From Candidatus Saccharimonadales bacterium (lineage in GTDB: Bacteria; Patescibacteriota; Saccharimonadia; Saccharimonadales; 2-12-FULL-41-12): a DNA stretch of 64,000 nt. Positions 56,827-64,000 of this stretch are shown piece by piece. A program made the translations under genes and the position numbers. Each line of letters begins with the position of its first letter. Within the stretch, counting starts at the first letter, position 1. The stretch spans positions 10,585 through 74,584 of the forward strand of contig JAYRJB010000001.1 of the NCBI GenBank assembly GCA_041906505.1. The letters run 5' to 3'. The notes below the pieces were generated by a model. It worked only from the letters and a program-made list of their open reading frames with translations, was not told the origin of the DNA and made no database searches.

Positions 56827-58262
56827 TATACGCTCTTGCGTTGATTTGTTATAAGCTTGGCTTTTGCTTTTCCAACGACCTTTGCCACTTCTTCTTCGGT
56901 GGCCAAGTTGAGCGATTTCGTGCTTCCAAAGTGCTTAATGAGGGCTTTTCTTGTGGCCGGCCCGACTCCAGGAATGTCATCAAGCTGACTGGCAGTTTGC
57001 CGCTGTTTTCGGATTGTCGAATGATAGCTGACTGCAAAACGGTGGCTTTCGTCTCGAATCCGCATGAGTAATTTGAGGCCATCATCGGTTTTCGATAATT
57101 GGAGAACTTCAAACTGTCCAATGCTTTTTGGCACTATTATTTCTTCATGTCGTTTTGCAAGTCCAATCATCGGAATCTCGTAGCCGAGCTCACGCATCGC
57201 GCCTTGTGCCGCACTAACCTGCCCTTTGCCACCGTCTATCAGCAATAACTCCGGCAGTCCCCACGCTTTCACGTTACTTGGCTGTAAGCGACGCGTAATC
57301 ACCTCCCGCATGTGGGCAAAATCATCGTTTCCTGCAATTCTTAGTTTAAATTTTCGATATTGACCCTTGTCAGGAACACCTGCAACAAAAACCACCATAC
57401 TTGCTGCATTATCGCTTCCTTGGAGGTGACTGACATCAAAACCTTCGATTCGGCGCGGTGGTTGTGGCAGCCCTAGAAGTTTTTCCAGCCGCAACAATCC
57501 GTTGTCTTTGCTGATATCCATGAGTTCTCGATCACTAAAAATGACCTGCCGCTCGAGATTTTTTAAGGCGTAAAGTTTATTGCGAAGTTTGCTGGCTTGC
57601 TCAAAATTGTGGGCCTTGGCTTGAGCTGTCATGTCTTTTTCGATCTGGACAACAATCGTTCTTCTTGAGCCTCTAAGGTACATCATAAGTTGACGCAAAT
57701 TCTGTCGATAATCGTCAAGTGAAGTTAAGTTCGCTTCGAGTCCAGGACACAATCCAAGTTGAGCCTGTAAGCACGCTCGTTTGGGAATATTGGTTGAGCT
57801 ATGCGTAGAATACGGAAAGGCTTTCCGTAGGTATTTTAAGGCTCGCGAAATTCCTTGCTTGCTCAAATAGGGGCCAAAATATTCAGCCCCGTCATCTAAG
57901 GGGCGTCTTGTATAGCTGACCGTGGGATGTGAACTGTGAACATCTATCCGAACGTAGGTAAAACTTTTGTCATCGCGAAGCAGAATGTTATACCTCGGCA
58001 TGTACCGACGTATCATCTCGGCTTCCACAAAAAGCGCATCAAGCTCGGTTTCGAGTACTGTCCAGTCCGTATCTACAATTTCGTTCACGAGTGCGTCAGT
58101 TTTAGGGTCTCGTACACGGCTCGCTTGAAAATACTGACGGACACGATTACGCAAATTTGCCGCTTTACCGATATAGATTATTTCTCCGCGACTGTCTTTG
58201 TGAAAATAAACCCCGGGGTCTTTGGGTAAATCTTTTAGTTTGGCTTGGAGTTTTTTGTTCAT
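56826..58262 (-). CDS. uvrC: excinuclease ABC subunit C (compact, 478 aa)
   Basis: It has GIY-YIG (GVYFHKDSRGEIIYIGKAANLRNRVRQY), a UVR domain (FEQASKLRNKLYALKNLE), an endonuclease domain (IEGFDVSHLQG) and a C-terminal HhH (IPGVGPATRKAL). Confidence 0.85.
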   Translation of the reverse strand: MNKKLQAKLKDLPKDPGVYFHKDSRGEIIYIGKAANLRNRVRQYFQASRVRDPKTDALVNEIVDTDWTVLETELDALFVEAEMIRRYMPRYNILLRDDKSFTYVRIDVHSSHPTVSYTRRPLDDGAEYFGPYLSKQGISRALKYLRKAFPYSTHSSTNIPKRACLQAQLGLCPGLEANLTSLDDYRQNLRQLMMYLRGSRRTIVVQIEKDMTAQAKAHNFEQASKLRNKLYALKNLERQVIFSDRELMDISKDNGLLRLEKLLGLPQPPRRIEGFDVSHLQGSDNAASMVVFVAGVPDKGQYRKFKLRIAGNDDFAHMREVITRRLQPSNVKAWGLPELLLIDGGKGQVSAAQGAMRELGYEIPMIGLAKRHEEIIVPKSIGQFEVLQLSKTDDGLKLLMRIRDESHRFAVSYHSTIRKQRQTASQLDDIPGVGPATRKALIKHFGSTKSLNLATEEEVAKVVGKAKAKLITNQRKSV

Positions 58263-58268
58263 GCGGTT

Positions 58269-59138
58269 TTAGGACGTACTTTGCGCAACTTGCACAGACA
58301 CATGCTTTGCGCAGGATGAGTAGTTTCCGACGCATTGCTGGCACATCAAAATTTGACGATTACATTCTTCATTTGTGCAATTTATCTGATTGCTCGTCGC
58401 TTTATTGCAACGGTTACACGCTCCGACATCTTTGCTCTTTTCCGAGAATTGCACCTTCATTCGTTTGTCGAACACGTAGCACTTGCCGTCCCAATATCCT
58501 TCGTCCTTAAATTCTTCGCCGTACTTTACAATTCCACCGTCTAAGTGATACACATCCTTGAATCCCTTGTGATTCATATAGGCGCTTAAATACTCACAGC
58601 GGACATCACCAGTGCAATAGGTTAAAACTGTTTGCTCTTTCGGAATGTCTTTGAGCACTTCCTTGATTTGTTTGAAGGTTTTTATCTTGGGCTTGATAAC
58701 ATTTTTAGCCCGAAATGCACCTATATCACTCTCGTATTCGTTGCGGGCATCTAACACTACCACATCGGGGTTTTTCTCGAGATAATCATGCCATTTTTGC
58801 GGTCGCAAACCTTTAGTGCTATTAAACACATCAAATTTTTCATCTGGAGCGAGAGTTACAAGTTCGGGGCGAACTTTTACGCTCAACTTTGGAAAGTCAT
58901 TTGCCGAACCGTCGCTCCATTTGAACTCCGTTCCCTTAAATAAAGGATGCTGCTTCATCTCCTTTACATAGGCTTTAACTGAAGCAATAGGGCCGCCAAG
59001 CGTACCGTTTATGCCTTGCTCAGCAACAATGATTCGACCTTTGAGTCCCAATCTTTCGCAGAGGTTTCGTTGCCAAAACATAACACTGGTTGGGTCGGCA
59101 ACTGGCACGAATTTATAGTATAGAATCACCTTTTCCAT
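58269..59138 (-). CDS. trhO: rhodanese-domain tRNA uridine(34) hydroxylase TrhO/YceA family
   Basis: It contains YYKFVPVADP, a rhodanese active-site Cys (YCTGDVRCE) and a C-terminal Cys cluster. Confidence 0.8.
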   Translation of the reverse strand: MEKVILYYKFVPVADPTSVMFWQRNLCERLGLKGRIIVAEQGINGTLGGPIASVKAYVKEMKQHPLFKGTEFKWSDGSANDFPKLSVKVRPELVTLAPDEKFDVFNSTKGLRPQKWHDYLEKNPDVVVLDARNEYESDIGAFRAKNVIKPKIKTFKQIKEVLKDIPKEQTVLTYCTGDVRCEYLSAYMNHKGFKDVYHLDGGIVKYGEEFKDEGYWDGKCYVFDKRMKVQFSEKSKDVGACNRCNKATSNQINCTNEECNRQILMCQQCVGNYSSCAKHVSVQVAQSTS

Positions 59139-59181
59139 CTATATATTCTATCAGTTGTCACTTAGGACTTGAAAACAAGAG

Positions 59182-59856
59182 CTATTCTTCTTCTGAAGCG
59201 GCTTCGGGGGCTTGCGCATCAGTTGTCTCTTCGCCTTCAACGGCGGATTCTTCGCCAGCTTCGGATGCTAGGTCGGCTGCGGCAGCGTCAGCTTCAGCGG
59301 CTTGGTCTTTTGGCATCTCAACGGTTGCGATAACCTGCTCTGGCTCAGTTTTAATCGTTATCGTGGCAGGAACTTTTAGATCGGCCACCGTCAATTTGTC
59401 GCCAACTTCGGCAAGCGAAGTTGCATCAACCTCAATAACATCAATGAGGTCCTTGGGAAGCGCCTCTATTTCGATTCGGTCGATTTTCTTTAGTACTTGA
59501 AGACTTGCCTTCTCGGCGGGAATTTCTCCAACGAGCTGGAGAGGAACTTCTGCGGCCGCCTTCTCGTCGGCTTTTATCGCTTGAAAAACCGTATGATAAA
59601 TAATTGCCGTTGCGGGCTTATAGGTCACTTCCTTTATCATGGTTGTATACTTTTTTTTGTCGACCGTAACGTCTACGGGATGGTGTTTTCCTGAGCTCGC
59701 GTACACCTTCTTCAGCTGAGCTTCGGGAACTGCGATATGAATCGAATCGCTTCCATGATCGTGAATTACGGCAGGAGTGTGTCCTTTTGCTCTAAGTTGT
59801 TTTACTTTTTTACCAATTGTGTCGCGCTTTACCGCGGCAAGGGTGCTATCGCCCAT
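59182..59856 (-). CDS. rplY: 50S ribosomal protein L25/Ctc with acidic tail
   Basis: It contains GKKVKQLRAKGHTPAVIH and a Ctc-type C-terminal domain. Confidence 0.85.
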   Translation of the reverse strand: MGDSTLAAVKRDTIGKKVKQLRAKGHTPAVIHDHGSDSIHIAVPEAQLKKVYASSGKHHPVDVTVDKKKYTTMIKEVTYKPATAIIYHTVFQAIKADEKAAAEVPLQLVGEIPAEKASLQVLKKIDRIEIEALPKDLIDVIEVDATSLAEVGDKLTVADLKVPATITIKTEPEQVIATVEMPKDQAAEADAAAADLASEAGEESAVEGEETTDAQAPEAASEEE

Positions 59857-59935
59857 TGTACCTCCAGTGTTAGACAGTCCTTATTATAGCACGTGAGCGA
59901 CGGTATATGGCGGGTGGTATACTGCTAATTAACGT

Positions 59936-60553
59936 ATGTTAGATGCAGATATTTTTGTAAGTGGTGGTCTACTGCTCATTGCATTTATTGTCTTCGCCGA
60001 ATCGGGGCTTTTATTTGGCTTTTTCTTTCCCGGGGATACGCTATTGATTGCCGCAGGCCTACTTGCCAGCCAAGGAAAATTTGAGCTTTTGACCCTACTT
60101 CCAACCATTGCTTTAAGTGCAACATTAGGTGGAATTGTAGGTTACTACATTGGAGAAAAGGCTGGCCCAAAGCTTTTTAAAAAAGAAGATGGGATTATAT
60201 TTCGAAAAGCCTATGTAAATCGTGCAGAGGAATTTTACGAAAAGCATGGCGGAAAAACCATTATGCTCGCCCGATTTATTCCAATTATTCGCACTTTTGC
60301 ACCCGTTGTTGCTGGAATTGGACATATGAATAAGCTTGCCTTCAATGCCTATAATTTTTTGGGGAGTATTGTCTGGGGTGTTGGCGTCACTTTGCTTGGA
60401 TATTTTTTTGGAAGCAAAATCCCAAACCTCGATCATTTCATTCTGCCCATCATTGTTTTTGTAATGATAGCCAGCTTTGGGCCTACGGCCTACCACATAA
60501 TCAGTGACCCAATTTCCCGAAGGAAGCTCAAGCAATTATTGCTTCGCCGCTGA
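59936..60553 (+). CDS. dedA: DedA family membrane protein
   Basis: It contains GFFFPGDTLLIAAG and MLARFIPIIRTFAPVVAG. Confidence 0.8.
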   Translation: MLDADIFVSGGLLLIAFIVFAESGLLFGFFFPGDTLLIAAGLLASQGKFELLTLLPTIALSATLGGIVGYYIGEKAGPKLFKKEDGIIFRKAYVNRAEEFYEKHGGKTIMLARFIPIIRTFAPVVAGIGHMNKLAFNAYNFLGSIVWGVGVTLLGYFFGSKIPNLDHFILPIIVFVMIASFGPTAYHIISDPISRRKLKQLLLRR

Positions 60554-61039
60554 AGAAACAATAGAAATTACGTTTGGCGCAAGCTCGGTTCGCCTAATGG
60601 CCAACTTTCCTGTTGCGACCGCTACCGCAAAGGGTGTGCCATCTGCGGGACCGTCATACTCTGGAAATTGCACTAAGGCTTCTACCTGCGCATCAGCCAA
60701 TAGGTCATCTTGCATGTTGCGATTGTTGGGCTGGAACAACCTAGTTTTTCCAATATCGTTTGAGAGATGTGTTTTTTGAGAGAAAGCGCGTAGCTTGTAT
60801 AGCGCTGCCGAAACCCAAAAGTCTTCCTTGTATGGAGACGGGTCCAAGCAAATCATTGCATGATGCACAAGAGCTATCTCTTTTAACACGTTATCGTGAG
60901 CCTTTATTTGGGGAGGGTATGTGTACGGATCAAACTCGGCGTGCTCTTTGCGAAAGTTTTGTAAAGACTGCCACGAACGAAAGCTCATTGCATCCAACGA
61001 CTGTTGGTGCTGCGTTTTTTCGGGCAACTCTATGGACAT
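60536..61039 (-). CDS. hypothetical protein
   Basis: It is an intact ORF whose 3' end overlaps the convergent dedA by 18 nt. No motifs are recognised. Confidence 0.4.
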   Translation of the reverse strand: MSIELPEKTQHQQSLDAMSFRSWQSLQNFRKEHAEFDPYTYPPQIKAHDNVLKEIALVHHAMICLDPSPYKEDFWVSAALYKLRAFSQKTHLSNDIGKTRLFQPNNRNMQDDLLADAQVEALVQFPEYDGPADGTPFAVAVATGKLAIRRTELAPNVISIVSSAAKQ

Positions 61040-61047
61040 TTTTAATA

Positions 61048-63855
61048 TTATAGTACGGCTGTCAAAAAATGCCCGGTGTGACTCTTCTTATTCTTTGCAA
61101 CCTGTTCAGGAGTTCCCTCAGCAACAATATAACCACCCTTATCACCACCCTCTGGGCCCATGTCGATAATGTGATCCGCCGACTTGATAACATCAAGGTT
61201 GTGCTCGATAACAATCATGCTATTGCCCGTATCAACCAGTGCGTGCAATACCTGCAATAATTTGTCCACATCAGCGATATGAAGCCCGGTTGTTGGCTCA
61301 TCAAGGACATAGAGCGTCCTTCCCGTCGATCGCCGAGATAATTCCGTTGCGAGCTTTATTCGCTGGGCTTCTCCACCGCTAAGGGTGGTGGCAGACTGAC
61401 CGAGACTTATGTAGCCCAAGCCAACATCAACCAGGGTTTGCAGTTTTCTGGCAATTGCAGGAATATTCTCAAAAAAACCAAGCGCTACTTCGGTAGTCAT
61501 CTCTAATACATCACTAATGCTTTTTCCCTTGTAGTGAATTTCCAGCGCCTCTCGGTTGTAGCGCTTACCGCCACATTGTTCGCAGGTAACATACACATCG
61601 GGCAGAAAATGCATTTCGATCTTAATTATGCCGTCTCCGGCGCAGTTCTCACAGCGACCACCTCGAACATTGAAACTAAATCTTCCCGCACTATAGCCTC
61701 TCAGTTTCGCTTCTGGCAAGCCAGCAAAAAGTTCCCGGATTGGCGTGAACAAACCGGTGTATGTTGCGGGGTTGCTGCGCGGAGTTCTGCCGATTGGAGA
61801 CTGGTCGATCACAATAACCTTGTCAAGCTGTTTTATTCCATCTATATGATCATGTCGACCAGGTACCGTTTGCGCTCTCATAAGACGTGCTGACAGTTCT
61901 TTTGCGAGTATGTCGTTGATGAGGCTTGATTTTCCCGAGCCAGATACACCGCTCACCACTACCATTTTTCCAAGCGGAACATTCACTGTCAGATTTTTTA
62001 AGTTGTTCTCGCGGGCCCCGACAATTTGAAGTTGCTTGCCATTTCCTACTCGACGTTTTTTGGGTACCGCAATTTTTTTCTTACCACTTAAATATTGACC
62101 GGTGATTGAGGCGTTGTTTTTGGCAACTTGCGTCGGCGTTCCTTCTGCAATAACCCTTCCACCGTGTATTCCAGCGCCCGGCCCAATATCTAACACATGA
62201 TCGGCAACGCGTATCGTCTCTTCGTCATGCTCAACAACCAACACGGTGTTGCCTAAATCCTTGAGGTGTTTGAGCGTGTTGATTAGTCGCGCATTATCTC
62301 GCTGATGGAGACCAATGCTCGGCTCGTCTAACACATAGAGCACACCTTGCAATCCGCTGCCGATTTGAGTGGCAAGCCGTATTCTCTGAGCTTCTCCGCC
62401 ACTTAGACTAACTGCACTACGTAGCAAATCTAAATAATTAAGTCCCACGTTCTGAAGAAAAGTGAGGCGCGCTGTAATTTCTTTTAGTATTTGATTCGCG
62501 ATCTTCAGCTCGCCGTCGCTGAGTTTTAACGTCTTAAAGAATGCGTACGCACCATCTATAGAAAGGCGACAAATGTCCATGATTGATTTGTCTGCAACAG
62601 TAATCGCCAAGACTTCTGGTTTCAGTCGTAGACCATGACACGCATGACAAGGGCGCTCTTGCATAAAGCGCTCGATATCGCGGCGCATAAAGTCACTCTC
62701 CGTCTCTTTGTGGCGTCGCTCCAAATTTGGTATCACCCCCTCATAAGTCGTGTCGAACGCTCTGCCACTTCCAAGCTGAACTTCGTATACTTCGTCTGCC
62801 GTACCATAGAGTAGCTTCTCTAAATCGGCAGCTTTGAGTTCTCCAGTGGGAATATGAAGCGAAAAATTATAGCGATCAGCCACAGCTTGCATTTTTTTCA
62901 TATACCACGCATCGGCATTCACTCGGTTGAACGGTCGGATCGCCCCTTCGGCAATGGTTAGACGACCGTTAGGAATGACTAAGTCTGGATCAACTTCAAG
63001 GCGACTACCTAAACCCGTACAGACTGCGCAGGCCCCGTGAGGGCTATTAAAGCTAAAGGTTCTCGGCTCGAGCTCGGGAATCGAAATTTCTGGATGGTCA
63101 ACGCAGGCGTACATAAGGCTATAATGATGCTCATCTTTTTTATCAGCGTTTGCGATGAGCAACTTGCCATCGGCAATATCAAGTGCTTGCTCGACGCTCT
63201 GGGCAAGTCGGCCACGGCTTTCCTCGTCGTTCACCATCCTGTCAACCACGATTTCGATTTTGTGTTTATGATTTTTATCAAGCGTGGGCCACTCATCAAG
63301 CGAATAAACTACCCCGTCAACTCTAGCTCTGGCAAATCCGAGCCGTTGATATTGCTCGGGGATATGTTCGAACAGTCCCTTTTTGTCATTCACTATCGGT
63401 GCGAGAACAAGCAAGCGAGCGCCAGTTGTGGTTTCGATTACTTGGTCCACAATCATTGAAGGCGTCTGCCTGGCAACTGTTTTGCCGCAGACGGGACAAT
63501 GCGGAGTGCCAATTCTCGCAAATAATAACCTCAGATAATCATAAATTTCAGTGACGGTCGCAACGGTACTGCGAGGGTTTCGACTTGTCGATTTTTGGTC
63601 AATGGATATGGCAGGACTTAATCCATCAATCTGATCAACGTTTGGCTTCTCCATAAGTCCCAAAAATTGGCGTGCGTAGGCACTCAAACTCTCAACATAA
63701 CGTCTTTGTCCCTCAGCGTAAATTGTGTCAAATGCAAGACTTGACTTCCCTGACCCACTAAGACCCGTTATGACAACCAGTTTATTTCTAGGAATAGAAA
63801 CATCGAGGTTTTTGAGGTTGTGCTCCCGCGCACCTTTTACATGAATAAAGTCCAT
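61048..63855 (-). CDS. uvrA: excinuclease ABC subunit A
   Basis: It has two ABC modules ([18 protein letters not shown], two LSGGE signatures) and zinc fingers ([19 protein letters not shown]...CEQCGG). Confidence 0.95.
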   Translation of the reverse strand: MDFIHVKGAREHNLKNLDVSIPRNKLVVITGLSGSGKSSLAFDTIYAEGQRRYVESLSAYARQFLGLMEKPNVDQIDGLSPAISIDQKSTSRNPRSTVATVTEIYDYLRLLFARIGTPHCPVCGKTVARQTPSMIVDQVIETTTGARLLVLAPIVNDKKGLFEHIPEQYQRLGFARARVDGVVYSLDEWPTLDKNHKHKIEIVVDRMVNDEESRGRLAQSVEQALDIADGKLLIANADKKDEHHYSLMYACVDHPEISIPELEPRTFSFNSPHGACAVCTGLGSRLEVDPDLVIPNGRLTIAEGAIRPFNRVNADAWYMKKMQAVADRYNFSLHIPTGELKAADLEKLLYGTADEVYEVQLGSGRAFDTTYEGVIPNLERRHKETESDFMRRDIERFMQERPCHACHGLRLKPEVLAITVADKSIMDICRLSIDGAYAFFKTLKLSDGELKIANQILKEITARLTFLQNVGLNYLDLLRSAVSLSGGEAQRIRLATQIGSGLQGVLYVLDEPSIGLHQRDNARLINTLKHLKDLGNTVLVVEHDEETIRVADHVLDIGPGAGIHGGRVIAEGTPTQVAKNNASITGQYLSGKKKIAVPKKRRVGNGKQLQIVGARENNLKNLTVNVPLGKMVVVSGVSGSGKSSLINDILAKELSARLMRAQTVPGRHDHIDGIKQLDKVIVIDQSPIGRTPRSNPATYTGLFTPIRELFAGLPEAKLRGYSAGRFSFNVRGGRCENCAGDGIIKIEMHFLPDVYVTCEQCGGKRYNREALEIHYKGKSISDVLEMTTEVALGFFENIPAIARKLQTLVDVGLGYISLGQSATTLSGGEAQRIKLATELSRRSTGRTLYVLDEPTTGLHIADVDKLLQVLHALVDTGNSMIVIEHNLDVIKSADHIIDMGPEGGDKGGYIVAEGTPEQVAKNKKSHTGHFLTAVL

Positions 63856-63901
63856 AGGTCCGAAGTATTATACGCTCATAAAGTGTTTTATACTAGTGTT
63901 T

Positions 63902-64000
63902 GTGAGTAGTTCATCAAAAAAACATGGCCTGTTAAAACGAATTCTTATCGACATTGCCGGATTTGGTTTAATGATCCTTGCACCATTTTTAGGTTGGTTA
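63902..64000 (+). CDS. 5' end of a small membrane protein gene (PGPGW-family-like), truncated by the window
   Basis: The GTG-frame translation is SSSSKKHGLLKRILIDIAGFGLMILAPFLGWL. The nearby ATG at 63924 is out of frame and stops after three codons. Confidence 0.3.
   Translation, partial: MSSSSKKHGLLKRILIDIAGFGLMILAPFLGWL

Noticed and set aside
56826-58262. Short UvrC (478 aa) as a possibly truncated or novel nuclease
   Set aside because: All four canonical modules (GIY-YIG, UVR, endonuclease, HhH) are present in order. The size reduction is spread over the linkers, consistent with genome streamlining rather than novelty.

Overview
The window is a gene-dense (about 90% coding), mid-GC bacterial chromosome segment. 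Its style fits a reduced-genome CPR/Saccharibacteria-like organism, with compact uvrC, ribosomal proteins carrying long low-complexity tails, no rimM, many small membrane-anchored hypotheticals and every tRNA encoding CCA. That lineage call is inference only. From about 20 kb onward nearly all genes lie on the minus strand. Most of 11-64 kb is housekeeping, plus seven tRNAs: leuS, ligA, uvrA, uvrC, ddl, murF, rpsP, rpmF, rplY, trmD, rnc, nusB, secG, gdh, sod, htpX and lemA. Three regions look accessory. (1) Region 1-10.9 kb holds the 3' part of an Eco57I/PglX-like adenine methyltransferase coupled to a Cas4/RecB-like PD-(D/E)XK nuclease. This is followed by a decayed phage or satellite module (ParB-methylase, TerS, TerL, no structural genes) and a divergent-promoter switch with one perfect palindromic operator. 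The switch drives a LexA/CI/UmuD-like S24 repressor, then a DUF4238 protein, then a double zinc-ribbon protein, with a convergent HD-CYTH fusion beyond them. I rate the repressor/DUF4238/zinc-ribbon unit, possibly with HD-CYTH, as the best candidate for an undescribed anti-phage system. (2) Region 23.4-30.2 kb is a roughly 6.7 kb insertion splitting the conserved rpsP / KH-protein / trmD cluster. It carries a type II R-M system (HNH endonuclease with a possible B3-like N-terminal DNA-binding domain, plus two m5C methyltransferases) and several unknown genes. (3) Region 48.2-48.8 kb is a tRNA cluster with a degenerate partial tRNA-Val copy and a hairpin-bracketed mini-ORF. A csoR-DUF305-DUF4396 metal operon with a textbook operator inside a leaderless promoter is also present. 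All calls rest on motif reading of the supplied translations and sequence, and no database searches were run.
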